Assembly (NCBI GenBank): GCA_964495645.1
Contig: CAZBXO010000003.1
Span: 1,756 to 65,755, forward strand
Origin: an uncultured Phenylobacterium sp.
GTDB taxonomy: Bacteria; Pseudomonadota; Alphaproteobacteria; Caulobacterales; Caulobacteraceae
Length of the DNA stretch: 64,000 bases
Reading direction: 5' to 3'
The notes under the pieces are model-generated. The model worked only from the letters and a program-made list of their open reading frames with translations. It did not search any database and had not been told where the DNA came from. Positions within the stretch are counted from its first letter, which is position 1. Each line of letters begins with the position of its first letter. Positions 55,207 to 64,000 of this stretch are shown here, piece by piece. A program made the position numbers and the translations under genes.

Positions 55207-55758
55207 TCAGGCCCGGCGGACCCACAGCATTCGCTGCAGGGTCGCGTCGCGGTCGATGAACTGATGCTTCATGGCCCCGGCGACGTGCAGTGCGATCAGG
55301 GGCCAGAAGAGCGAGCCGGCCGCACCGTGGACCGCCTTCGTTGCGTCATGCAGCCATTCGACCGGGGTCGCGAACGGGCTGGCGAGCGCAAAACCGCCGA
55401 AGACTTCCACCGGGCGCGCCTCCGACCAGACCGCCAACGGACCCGTCATGAGCAGCGCCACGATCATGACGAGGAAGAGCGACTGCACGATGCTGGCGGC
55501 GACGCGGAACAGCGGCATGGTCTCCACGGGGCTCGGCCTGGGCTGGGATACGCTCCAGAGGACCCGCGCCGCCAGGAAGGCGAACAGCAGCATGCCGACC
55601 GAGACGTGGAGGTCCAGTGCGGCGAGCTTGGCGGCCGCTCCCTCGGATTCCTCGGCCGCCTCGCCGAGCAGATAGAGGGCCAGCATGCCGCCTGCGCTCA
55701 GCCAATGCAGCACGATGGCGGCCCAACCGTATCCCGCGCGCGTGTTCTTGAGGCTCAT
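55207..55758 (-). CDS. Cytochrome b561 family
   Basis: 'IVLHWL', 'LHVSVG', 'VHG', 'LHVAGAMKHQFIDRD.TL.RM'. Confidence 0.9.
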   Translation of the reverse strand: MSLKNTRAGYGWAAIVLHWLSAGGMLALYLLGEAAEESEGAAAKLAALDLHVSVGMLLFAFLAARVLWSVSQPRPSPVETMPLFRVAASIVQSLFLVMIVALLMTGPLAVWSEARPVEVFGGFALASPFATPVEWLHDATKAVHGAAGSLFWPLIALHVAGAMKHQFIDRDATLQRMLWVRRA

Positions 55759-55985
55759 GTGCGGGCTCCTTTCTCGCGGGATCGAAACCCGTCGGCCAGG
55801 CCGGCGCGTTGACTTCGCGCAACGGCCGGCGGCCTGCCCCGGGGCGTCGAAGTGCAAGGACCGCCGTCGGCGTCGCCGGATGACCCGGCGTCATTTGATC
55901 GCGGTCAAACGGGTCGGGCCTGACCGCCTTCATGGTCCGTCTGTCCCGGAGGCAGTGGGTCTTCGGGCGAACCCGGAGACCTTGC

Positions 55986-56810
55986 GTGTCCCGTATCCGT
56001 TTCGCCGCAGCCGCGCTCGCGGCCGGCCTGATCACCCTATCGGCGGGCGCGGCGACCGCCGCGACCTGCGTGGGAGCCTGCGGGGTGCGCAGCGCCGATG
56101 GCGTCGTGGTGGCGCCGCCCAACAGCCCCTCCTACCGCTGGATATCAACTTGGGGCGGCGTCACCGGCGCGGGCCAGATTTCGACCGTCGGCGGGACGAA
56201 CGGATCGACGTTCACCAGTTCCGTCTTCAGCGCGGCGGGCGGCGCGGACCTGGAGTTCTACTTCAACTACGTGACCTCCGACGGCCAGAACGGCTCCGAT
56301 GGCTTCATCTACGAGGACTACACCTGGGTGGAGCTGCAGACGGCCGCCGCCGAGCATGTCGCCTATCTGTTCACCGCCCGCACCGAGCCGACGGGCACCA
56401 TCGTGCCGGGGGACGGCCTTCCGGGCGTCACCGCCACGTTGACGCCGGCGTCCGTGCCGATCATCGGCGGCGCCCCGAACTGGTCGCGCCTGGGCGACTA
56501 CAGCAATCAATGCTGGGGCCCGGGATGCGGCTACACGGGTTGGATCCGGTCGAACTACACCATCGCCGACAGCGGCAGTTACCAGTTGGTGTTCGGCGTC
56601 ACGAACTGGGGTGACGAGATCTACGACTCCGGCCTTGCGTTCGACGGTCTGATGGTCGCCGGCAATCCGGTGGACGACGACGAGGACGAGGATCACGACG
56701 ACGACGACCATCCGGGCGCCGTGCCGGAGCCGTCCACCTGGGCGGTCATGCTCCTGGGCTTCGGAGCGGCCGGAGCAATGCTGCGCCGCCGCCGTCGGGC
56801 CGCCGTCTAG
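55986..56810 (+). CDS. PEP-CTERM (PEPxxWA-type) surface protein
   Basis: Signal peptide; C-terminus 'VPEPSTWAVMLLGFGAAGAMLRRRRR'. Confidence 0.9.
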   Translation: MSRIRFAAAALAAGLITLSAGAATAATCVGACGVRSADGVVVAPPNSPSYRWISTWGGVTGAGQISTVGGTNGSTFTSSVFSAAGGADLEFYFNYVTSDGQNGSDGFIYEDYTWVELQTAAAEHVAYLFTARTEPTGTIVPGDGLPGVTATLTPASVPIIGGAPNWSRLGDYSNQCWGPGCGYTGWIRSNYTIADSGSYQLVFGVTNWGDEIYDSGLAFDGLMVAGNPVDDDEDEDHDDDDHPGAVPEPSTWAVMLLGFGAAGAMLRRRRRAAV

Positions 56811-56870
56811 CGGGCCGCCTTGACGCTTCCGGTCCCGGACTGAAATCGTCGGCGCGCCCCGAGGAGTTGA

Positions 56871-57314
56871 ATGCGCGCCGACCGCTTCGACCTGCCGCTG
56901 CGGATCGTCATGGACGATCCGGTCCCGGACGTGGCCTTCGCCCTGCAGCATGGCGGCCCGGGCAAGGAGGAGCTGCGCGGCTGGCTTCGGACCGGCAAGG
57001 CCCCCGCGGCGTTCGAGTTCGACGTGACCGTCCACGGCGCGATCCCGGACGGCCGCCCACGGTTCCTCGGTCCCTTCGTGCACGGCCCGCCGGCCGGGCG
57101 GTTCGTCTACGTCCGGGTCGGGACCGCGGCCGGCGATCCGGCCTCGCCCTGGAGCCGGCGCGTGAAGATTCCGCTGAAGGACCTCGGCTGGGATCAGATC
57201 GCCACGCTGAAGCCTGGCGAGCGCCTGGAGGCCCGTTACGCCGGCACGGGCCGCGACGGGTCGCCCGCCTGCGCCACCGTGCCCCTGAAGCCGCCGGCTT
57301 GGCGTTCAGCCTAG
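56871..57314 (+). CDS. DUF5990-like protein
   Basis: 'FLGPFVHGPPAGRFVY', 'WSRRVKIPL', 'DGSPACAT'. Confidence 0.7.
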   Translation: MRADRFDLPLRIVMDDPVPDVAFALQHGGPGKEELRGWLRTGKAPAAFEFDVTVHGAIPDGRPRFLGPFVHGPPAGRFVYVRVGTAAGDPASPWSRRVKIPLKDLGWDQIATLKPGERLEARYAGTGRDGSPACATVPLKPPAWRSA

Positions 57315-59147
57315 GACCACCACGCCGGGGCCCGGTGGGTTGGCGTAGAGCGCCTTCACCACGTCGGCGCGGTGCTCCAGCGTGGCGCGCTGGTTCACGT
57401 AGCCCTTGTCGGTGATCTCGCCGGCGTCGATCGACGGCGGCGAGGTCAGGATCGCGAACCGCCCGATCCGCCGCGACGACCCGCCGGCCGAGGCGTTGAA
57501 GGCGTTCAGCCGCTCGGTGAGGATCGCGGTCAGCTTGCCCAGCGGATCGTCGCCCAGCGTCGCCAGCCCCGCCGGCGACGGCCAGATCAGCGCGCCGGCG
57601 AACGGCCGGTCCTGCCCCGAGATCACGATGTCATGCACGTAGGGGCTGCAGGCGGCCACGAGGTCCGGCCGCAGCGTGCCCACCGACACCCAGGTCCCTG
57701 AGTCGAGCTTGAAGTCCTCGGTCACCCGCCCGTCGAACACCATCCCCAGCTCCGGCTGGTCGGGGTCCAGGAACCGCGCCGCGTCGCCCAGCGAGTAGAA
57801 GCCTTCGTCGTCGAACGCCGCCGCCGTCTTCACCGGGTCGTTGTGGTAGCCGCGGGTCACCGTCGGGCCCTTCACGCGGACCTCGTACTTGGTGCCGTTC
57901 GGTACCAGCTTCACGGTGATCCCCGGCAACGGCAGGCCGATCAGGCCCACCCGCTCGGTGATCCAGTGCACCACGGTCACGCCTTGCGTCTCGGTCGCGC
58001 CGTACATGGTGGTCAGCGGGATGCGGAAGCCCGTCTCCGCCACCGCCAGCGCCTGCATCCGCTGGCTCACGTCCTCCGACAGCGTCGCCCCGCCATAGCC
58101 CATGCTGCGCAGGTTCTTGAAGAACGAGGCCCGGAGCGCCGGGTCCCGCTCCATCGCCTCAGCCAGCATCCCGAACGCGATCGGCGCCGAGCCGAAGCCC
58201 GCCGGCGACACCTCCATCAGATTCTTGATCGTCGTCTCGAACAGGCCGGGGAGGGGCTTGCCCTCGTCGAGGTAGAGCGTCCCGCCGCCCGACAGGATGC
58301 CGTTGAACCCGATGTTGCCCGCCGAGATATGGCTCCAGGGCATCCACTCCAGCGCCTCCGGCACGAAATCAGGGTCCGGCGGATCGGCGCGCAGGCCCTC
58401 CTGTCCGGCGATGACGCCCGCGAACATCCCGTGCGTCTGCGGCACGCCCTTGGGCATCCCCGTCGAGCCGGAGGTGAACAGGTACTTCGCCGTCGTATCG
58501 TGGCCGAGTCGCTCCATGGCCGCGGCCACCGCCGGCCCCGGCTCGGTCGCGGTCAGCTCCGACAGCGCGACCGTCCCGTTCCCGCCGTCGACCGTCACGA
58601 ACGTCAGGTCGGGATCGATGCCCCGGAGCGTCTCGAACGCGCGGGCGAACATCTCCGAGTTCTGCGCGAACACCACCTTCGGCCGCACGGTCCCGAAGCA
58701 GTGCTTCAGCTTGGCGTGGTCGGTGGAGATCAGCGAGTAGGCCGGGCTGATCGGCGCGATCGGGACGCCCGCGGTGTAGCAGCCCAGCATCACCAGCGCG
58801 TGGTCCACCGAATTCGCCGACAGCACCATCACCGCGTCGTCCTGGCCCAGGCCCCGATCCAGCAGCCACTGGGCGATCCCGTCCGCCGCCCGCTTGGCCT
58901 CGCCGTAGGTCACCCCGCGCCATGGGCCGTGCCCAGGCTCGCGCTGCTGGATGTACTTCCGGTCCGGATGCTTGGCGGCCTTCTCCGCCAGCAGGTGGGC
59001 GATCGAGCGGGGCCCTTGCCCCGGCGCGTGGTTGGAGCGCACCAGCACAACGCCGTCCGGCCGCCGCTCGACGGAGATGTCCGGCGCCTTCTGCGGCAGC
59101 GGCTTGAACGGCGCCTCAGCGATCTTGGCGCCCACGTCGTCGGCCAT
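57306..59147 (-). CDS. fcs: Feruloyl-CoA synthetase-like acyl-CoA ligase
   Basis: 'YLFTSGSTGMPKGV', 'YGATE', 'FDGRVTEDFKL.SGTWVSVG', 'GEITDKGYVNQ'. Confidence 0.8.
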   Translation of the reverse strand: MADDVGAKIAEAPFKPLPQKAPDISVERRPDGVVLVRSNHAPGQGPRSIAHLLAEKAAKHPDRKYIQQREPGHGPWRGVTYGEAKRAADGIAQWLLDRGLGQDDAVMVLSANSVDHALVMLGCYTAGVPIAPISPAYSLISTDHAKLKHCFGTVRPKVVFAQNSEMFARAFETLRGIDPDLTFVTVDGGNGTVALSELTATEPGPAVAAAMERLGHDTTAKYLFTSGSTGMPKGVPQTHGMFAGVIAGQEGLRADPPDPDFVPEALEWMPWSHISAGNIGFNGILSGGGTLYLDEGKPLPGLFETTIKNLMEVSPAGFGSAPIAFGMLAEAMERDPALRASFFKNLRSMGYGGATLSEDVSQRMQALAVAETGFRIPLTTMYGATETQGVTVVHWITERVGLIGLPLPGITVKLVPNGTKYEVRVKGPTVTRGYHNDPVKTAAAFDDEGFYSLGDAARFLDPDQPELGMVFDGRVTEDFKLDSGTWVSVGTLRPDLVAACSPYVHDIVISGQDRPFAGALIWPSPAGLATLGDDPLGKLTAILTERLNAFNASAGGSSRRIGRFAILTSPPSIDAGEITDKGYVNQRATLEHRADVVKALYANPPGPGVVVLG

Positions 59148-59149
59148 TG

Positions 59150-60115
59150 TCAGATGTCCTTCAGCCAGTCGAGCACCAGCCGGTTCACCTCGGCGGGCCG
59201 CTCTTGTTGTGTCCAGTGGCCGCAGCCGTCCAGCATGTGCGCGCCGCGCAGGTCCGGGACGTGCTGGCGCATCGCCGCCGTAGGGTCCGGCACGCGGCCG
59301 AAGCCGGTCGAGGCCGGATCCTTCGTCCCCCCGATGAACAGGGCCGGCTGCTCGATCTTCCGGTCCTTGAACCCCTGCAGCCAGGCGAAGTCGCGCTCGT
59401 GGTTGCGATAGCGGCTGATCGGCCCGAAGAACCCCGACTGCTCGAATTCGCTCACGTAGTAGTCGAGTTCGTCGGCGGTCAGCCAGGCCGGGAACGGGTC
59501 CGGGTCGACCATGCCCTCCAGCATCGAGGCGCCCGCCGCCTTCTGCGGCCAGCTCCCTGGCGGCGCCTCGCCGCTGATCCCGTAGTAGAACTTCCTCAGG
59601 AAGTCGCGGACGTCGCCCTCGGCCTCCGCTTCCGCCGGCCCCACCGCCTGGAACCAGGCCTGGTAGAAGAACCGGCCCTTCTTCGTGAACAGCTCGTCGA
59701 ACACTTCCGTGAACGGCCGCGCCGGCACGCCCAGGTACGGCACCGACAGCCCCGCCACCGCGCGCACGGCGTCCGGCCGCGTCAGCGCCGTGTTCCAGAC
59801 GATCGGCGCGCCCCAGTCGTGGCCGACCAGGATCACCGGCGCGTCCGGCTGCAGCGCCTTGGCCACCCCCGCCACGTCGCCGGTGAGGGCCTGCAGGGCA
59901 TAGTCCGCCACCGCCTTCGGCTTGTCCGAGCCGCCGTAGCCGCGCACGTCGATGGCCGCGGCCGTGAATCCCGCCTCGGCGATCGGCGCCATCTGGTGAC
60001 GCCACGAGAACCAGCTCTCCGGGAAGCCGTGCACCATCAGCACCAGCGGCCCCGAGCCCTCCACGGCGACGCGGATTTTCGCCGCGCCCGCGTCGACCGT
60101 CCGGAACTCAGTCAC
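59150..60115 (-). CDS. Epoxide hydrolase-like alpha/beta hydrolase
   Basis: HGFPE, GHDWGA, GHWTQQE. Confidence 0.9.
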   Translation of the reverse strand: MTEFRTVDAGAAKIRVAVEGSGPLVLMVHGFPESWFSWRHQMAPIAEAGFTAAAIDVRGYGGSDKPKAVADYALQALTGDVAGVAKALQPDAPVILVGHDWGAPIVWNTALTRPDAVRAVAGLSVPYLGVPARPFTEVFDELFTKKGRFFYQAWFQAVGPAEAEAEGDVRDFLRKFYYGISGEAPPGSWPQKAAGASMLEGMVDPDPFPAWLTADELDYYVSEFEQSGFFGPISRYRNHERDFAWLQGFKDRKIEQPALFIGGTKDPASTGFGRVPDPTAAMRQHVPDLRGAHMLDGCGHWTQQERPAEVNRLVLDWLKDI

Positions 60116-60972
60116 TCGTCCCACCAAGGATAGAGCGACGGCATGTCAGCCGAGACCCTGCCCGGGAACTTCGGCGGCCGCTTCTCGAGGAACGCGCCCA
60201 CGCCCTCCTTCACGTCCGGCCCGGCCCCCAGCTCCAGCGACAGGCGTCCGTCGATCTTCATCACGTCGAACGGATCGTGGTCGCCCGCGAACCGCCACAG
60301 CATCTGCCGGGTCAGCGCGATCGACACCGGCGCGGTGTTCTCGGCGATCTCCAGCGCGATCTCCCGCGCCCGCGCCAGCAGCGCGTCCGGCGCCACCACC
60401 TCGGCCACCAAGCCGCCGGCCATCGCCTCCTGGGCGCTAATCAGCTTGCCCGACAGGCACCAGCGCAGCGCCGTCGGCAGACCCACCAGCTTCGGCAGGA
60501 ACCAGGCGCTGCCGGCCTCCGGCACCAGTCCGCGCCGGGCGAACACGAACCCGTACCGCGCCCCTTCCGCCGCGATCCGGATGTCCATCGGCAACGTCAG
60601 CGTCGCGCCGACCCCCACCGCTGCCCCGTTGATCGCCGCGATCGAGGGCTTCCTGCAATTGAACATCGCCGCCACGAACCCGACGCCCCGGCTGCGTCTT
60701 GCCTGCTGGCCACCCGCGCCGAACGCCACCGACCCCGCCGTCGAGGTGTCGAACGCGCCCGCGCCGCTCGAGATGTCCGCTCCCGCACAGAACCCGCGGC
60801 CCGCGCCGGTCACGATGATCACCCGCACGTCGTCGTCCGCATCGGCGCGCGTGAAGGCGTCCTCCAGCTCCGCGCCCATCGTCCCGGTATAGGCGTTCAG
60901 CTTGTCCGGCCGGTTCAGCGTCACCGTCAGGATCGGGCCATCGGTCTCGTACAGCAGCGTCTCGTAGCTCAT
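60112..60972 (-). CDS. Enoyl-CoA hydratase/crotonase family
   Basis: 'LNRPDKLNA', 'FCAGAD', 'AINGAAVGVG', 'RRGLVPEA'. Confidence 0.93.
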   Translation of the reverse strand: MSYETLLYETDGPILTVTLNRPDKLNAYTGTMGAELEDAFTRADADDDVRVIIVTGAGRGFCAGADISSGAGAFDTSTAGSVAFGAGGQQARRSRGVGFVAAMFNCRKPSIAAINGAAVGVGATLTLPMDIRIAAEGARYGFVFARRGLVPEAGSAWFLPKLVGLPTALRWCLSGKLISAQEAMAGGLVAEVVAPDALLARAREIALEIAENTAPVSIALTRQMLWRFAGDHDPFDVMKIDGRLSLELGAGPDVKEGVGAFLEKRPPKFPGRVSADMPSLYPWWDE

Positions 60973-61031
60973 GCGGCGCGCCTCCGTTGCGGCGACACCT
61001 TGCTACCCCTCCGCCGCGTCAGTCCACGGGT

Positions 61032-61283
61032 CTAGAGCTTCGCCGCCTTCTCCAGCGACAGCACGTCGTCGGCGACCTTCTCCAGCCGGTCGCGCAGCAC
61101 CGTCTCGGCGTCGTAGAGCCCCTGGTTGTAGAACAGCGGCCCGAACGTCTCGCAGATGTGGTCGAACAGGAACTGGGCGTCGAAGCCTTCCACCTCGACG
61201 TCCAGCTCGTTCTTGAGGTAGCGCGACAGCGCCTGGACCATCTTGTCCCGGGTGTGCTTCTCGATCTCGATCTTGCTGCCCAA
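61032..61283 (-). CDS. DUF2164 family protein
   Basis: 'YLKNELD.E..GFDAQFL.D....FGPLFYNQGLYDA'. Confidence 0.88.
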   Translation of the reverse strand: MGSKIEIEKHTRDKMVQALSRYLKNELDVEVEGFDAQFLFDHICETFGPLFYNQGLYDAETVLRDRLEKVADDVLSLEKAAKL

Positions 61284-61293
61284 GGAGCCCTCC

Positions 61294-61641
61294 GTGCCGG
61301 CGACCCTCTACGGTATCCGCAACTGCGACACGATGAAGAAGGCTTGGACATTCCTCGATGCGAAGGGGGTCGCCTACGACTTTCACGACTACAAGAAAGC
61401 CGGGATCGACCGCGCCACCCTCGAGGGCTGGGTCCGCCAGCTCGGCTGGGAAGTCCTCCTCAACCGCGCCGGCACGACCTTCAAGAAGCTTCCCGATCCC
61501 GACAAGCAGGGTCTCACCGAGGCCAAGGCCATCGACCTCATGCTGGCCCAGCCCTCCATGATCAAACGCCCGGTGCTGGCGAAGGACGGCAAGCTCTACG
61601 TCGGCTTCAAGCCCGAGACCTACGCGGCGCTCTCCAACTAA
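61294..61641 (+). CDS. ArsC/Spx (YffB-like) family protein
   Basis: 'YGIRNCDTMKKA', 'HDYKK.G', 'LLNRAGTTF', 'PSMIKRPVL'. Confidence 0.9.
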   Translation: MPATLYGIRNCDTMKKAWTFLDAKGVAYDFHDYKKAGIDRATLEGWVRQLGWEVLLNRAGTTFKKLPDPDKQGLTEAKAIDLMLAQPSMIKRPVLAKDGKLYVGFKPETYAALSN

Positions 61642-61723
61642 CGTCATCCGGGCCCCGCAGACCTGACGTCTGAGCGGCTGGGTCTCGGCTCTCCGGCGCT
61701 GCGCGCCTGCGGCCGGGATGACG
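61642..61723. repeat. REP-like/miniature palindromic element
   Basis: Terminal inverted repeats CGTCATCCGGG...CCGGGATGACG (1 mismatch) with internal hairpins, resembling alphaproteobacterial GTCATCCCGG intergenic repeats. Confidence 0.6.
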
Positions 61724-61840
61724 GGGAGGGGGAGTGATGCTAGTTCCACAGCCATGTGCACCGAACGCCTGAGGCCCTGAGCGCCACCCACCGCCGCTCA
61801 TTTCCGCCCGCCTGACGCGGGCGCTTTCGGATTCCCGCAC

Positions 61841-62704
61841 ATGATCCATCCCACGCCCTACGCCGAGCTCAACGGCGTGCTCGAACACCTGCTCGACGGC
61901 GCCCGCGCCGCCCTCGGCGACAACTTCGTCGGCCTATACCTGCAGGGCTCCTTCGCCGTCGGCGACCACACGCCGTGGAGCGACTGCGACTTCATCGCCG
62001 TCACCGCCCGCGACATCCGCCCTGACGAACTGGCGCCGCTCCAGGCGCTGCACGCCGCCATCCACGAACTCCCGGCGCCCTACTGGCGCAACGGCCTGGA
62101 GGGCTCCTACGTGCCCGCGCCCATCCTTCGCCGCTGGTCGACCGAGCCCCGCGACCCGCCCGGCGAACCCCGCGGCCCAGGCTGGGGCGACCCCGGCACC
62201 TCCGGCAGTCCGGCGCGGGTCTATCCCTTCTGGTACCTGGATCACGGCTCAAAGGTCCTGGTCCGCTCCGAGCATGACAACACCCAGGTGGTCCGCTGGT
62301 GCCTGCGCGAGAAGGGGATCACGCTCGCCGGCCCCGACCCGAAGACCCTCATCGACCCGATCCCGCCGGATGCGCTGAAGGCCGAGGTGCGCACCACCAT
62401 GGACTGGGTCATGGCGGTCGACATGCAGCCCATGGAGCTGGCCGCCTGGCAGGCCTTCTGGGTCGGCCTCTTCTGCCGCATCCTGCACACGCTCTCGACG
62501 GGGACGGTCACCTCGAAGAAGCAGGCCATGACTTGGGCGCAGGCAACCCTGGACCGTGAGTGGCGCACCCTGATCGCCGACGCCCAGGCCGTGAAGAAGG
62601 GCGACGCGGAGTCCTCCATGGCCCCCGTCACCCCTGCCCAGGAAGCCGCCACCCGGGCCTTCGCCGCCTATGCCATCGCGTACGCGGACGCCCATCGCGG
62701 GTGA
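61841..62704 (+). CDS. Nucleotidyltransferase with aminoglycoside adenylyltransferase-like/DUF4111 C-terminus
   Basis: 'GLYLQGSFAVGD....SDCDF', 'CRILHT..TG.V.SKK.A..WA'. Confidence 0.8.
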   Translation: MIHPTPYAELNGVLEHLLDGARAALGDNFVGLYLQGSFAVGDHTPWSDCDFIAVTARDIRPDELAPLQALHAAIHELPAPYWRNGLEGSYVPAPILRRWSTEPRDPPGEPRGPGWGDPGTSGSPARVYPFWYLDHGSKVLVRSEHDNTQVVRWCLREKGITLAGPDPKTLIDPIPPDALKAEVRTTMDWVMAVDMQPMELAAWQAFWVGLFCRILHTLSTGTVTSKKQAMTWAQATLDREWRTLIADAQAVKKGDAESSMAPVTPAQEAATRAFAAYAIAYADAHRG

Positions 62705-62797
62705 GCTAAGCTCAGGCTTGCATCCAACCGCCCCACCGGCGGCGACTAGAGGGCAAAATGGACGGGCAAGACCGCCCGCTTGGGAGCTTGGACTTCG

Positions 62798-63271
62798 ATG
62801 GACGACCTCTTCCGCAGCTACTGGTGGCTGCTCTTCCCCGTGGGCTTCTTCGTGTTCGGGGCCTGGGATCGCTGGCTCGCCTACAAGCGCTCGCGCGACC
62901 ATCTCGACCTGCTGCGCACCTACACCAGCCAGGGCAAGGACCCGCCGCCCGAGCTGCTCAAGGCGGTGCGCGACCAAACCCTCGACGAGGACGGCGACGA
63001 CGCGTGGGGCGCGCCCCGCGACTGGGGCATGGGCGCTCGCTACGGGCGGCGCTACTACCGCCGCTACTGGCGTCACCGCTACTCGCCTTACTGGCAGTGG
63101 CGGACGTTCTTCATCACCGGCGCCGTGGCGGCGGGTTTCTGGTTCTCGGCCGAATACGCCGACTTCCCCGGCGTCGACGGGCCGTTCCGGATCGTCGCCA
63201 TCATCATGACCTTCGTCGCGATCGGCCACGGCGTCGCGGCGCTGTTCTCCTCCACCTTCCGCGGACGGTGA
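62798..63271 (+). CDS. Hypothetical membrane protein upstream of ECF sigma
   Basis: TM segments, 'Y..QGKDPPPELL'; stop lies 5 bp before the sigma start. Confidence 0.75.
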   Translation: MDDLFRSYWWLLFPVGFFVFGAWDRWLAYKRSRDHLDLLRTYTSQGKDPPPELLKAVRDQTLDEDGDDAWGAPRDWGMGARYGRRYYRRYWRHRYSPYWQWRTFFITGAVAAGFWFSAEYADFPGVDGPFRIVAIIMTFVAIGHGVAALFSSTFRGR

Positions 63272-63276
63272 ACGGG

Positions 63277-63801
63277 ATGAATCTCGACGAAGGGCTGGTC
63301 GAGGCGGCGCGCGCCGGCTCGGCGAGCGCCTTCGCGAGGCTGGTGGAGCGCCACCAGCAGCCGTTGCGCGCCTTCCTGCGCCGCGCGTGCGGCGACTGGG
63401 CGCTCGCGGACGACCTGGCGCAGGAGACCTTCCTCACCGCCTGGGAGCGGATCGGCACCCTGAAATCCGGCGCCTCGGTACGGGCCTGGCTCTGCGGCAT
63501 TGGCTACCACAAGCACCTCAGCGCCATCCGCAGCCGCAGCCGCGACCGCGCCCGCGAACAGGCCTACGAGGCCGATCGCCCGCCGCCGGCCGCCGCCATG
63601 ACCGACGAGCGGCTGGCCCTGGAAGCCGCCATGTCGGAGCTGCCGAGCGACCAGCGCGCCTGCGTCGCCCTCTGCCTTGCGGCCGATTTCAGCCACGCGG
63701 AGGCCGCCGAAGCGCTTGGCCTGCCGCTCGGAACCGTGAAGAGTCATGTGAACCGGGGCCGCTCGCGGCTCCTGGCCGCGTTGGGAGCGTCCGATGAGTG
63801 A
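63277..63801 (+). CDS. ECF RNA polymerase sigma factor
   Basis: 'ADDLAQETFL.AW', 'WL.GI', 'SHAEAAEALGLPLGTVKSHVNRGR'. Confidence 0.93.
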   Translation: MNLDEGLVEAARAGSASAFARLVERHQQPLRAFLRRACGDWALADDLAQETFLTAWERIGTLKSGASVRAWLCGIGYHKHLSAIRSRSRDRAREQAYEADRPPPAAAMTDERLALEAAMSELPSDQRACVALCLAADFSHAEAAEALGLPLGTVKSHVNRGRSRLLAALGASDE

Positions 63802-64000
63802 AGCCGACGACCGCCTCCGGGCCCTGTTCGCCGCCGACGAACCGCCGGCGCGCGACCCCGCCTTCTCCGCCGCGGTGCTGGAGGTCCTGGCCCGCAAGCG
63901 CTTCCGCGACGAGCTGATCATCCACGCCGGCCTCACCCTCATCGGCGGCGCAGCGCTGTGGGCGCTCTGGCCCGTGGTCCAGCCGCTGCTGGTCCAGACC
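63794..64000 (+). CDS. Probable anti-sigma membrane protein (3' truncated by window)
   Basis: ATG 63794 overlaps the sigma 3' end; MSEADDRLRALFAADEPPARDPAF... followed by a TM helix; open to the window end. Confidence 0.65.
   Translation, partial: MSEADDRLRALFAADEPPARDPAFSAAVLEVLARKRFRDELIIHAGLTLIGGAALWALWPVVQPLLVQT

Noticed and set aside
61294-61641. Arsenic resistance locus
   Set aside because: YffB/Spx-like sequence with no arsR, arsB/acr3 or arsH nearby.
61841-62704. Acquired aminoglycoside resistance gene
   Set aside because: Only a generic nucleotidyltransferase motif, in a chromosomal context with no integron or IS features.
62719-62748. Possible autoregulated ECF promoter (TGCATCC...CGACTA)
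   Set aside because: Plausible position, but it is a single instance and I cannot assign the ECF group consensus with confidence.
1-64000. CRISPR array, tRNA/rRNA genes, IS transposases, integrase
   Set aside because: No regularly spaced repeat-spacer array, RNA gene signature, or transposase/recombinase motif was seen by eye.

Overview
GC-rich alphaproteobacterial DNA (gene content resembles Caulobacteraceae; inference) in three blocks. (1) 1-30678 is the right part of a trb/TraG/relaxase integrative conjugative element (ICE) of the Tn4371/ICEMlSym type. It carries leading-region genes (ParB-like, Ku, DUF736, ArdC), a QseC/QseM/FseA/RdfS-like switch in which fseA needs a +1 programmed frameshift, traF-relaxase-traG-trbBCDEJKLFGI, and a terminal defence cluster. 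That cluster is an OLD nuclease plus UvrD (Gabija-like) convergent with a single-chain SIR2-APAZ-Argonaute, flanked by two uncharacterised Cys/His-motif proteins. (2) 30679-46515 is an integrase-less heavy-metal island (MerR, czcCBA-czcD, a second CDF, a cus-like TolC-B-A-F operon). It lies between two homologous att-like sites that each copy a guaA-like 3' end (IEWE-stop). Both RND operons start with a signal-peptide/Cys-His/RPP-tail ORF that looks like a metal-sensing ribosome-arrest leader. (3) 46516-64000 is chromosomal backbone: PLD-family protein, an IclR-linked exported esterase operon, VIT, cytochrome b561, PEP-CTERM protein, an acyl-CoA synthetase cluster and an ECF sigma operon. All family assignments come from motif recognition by eye; no searches were run.
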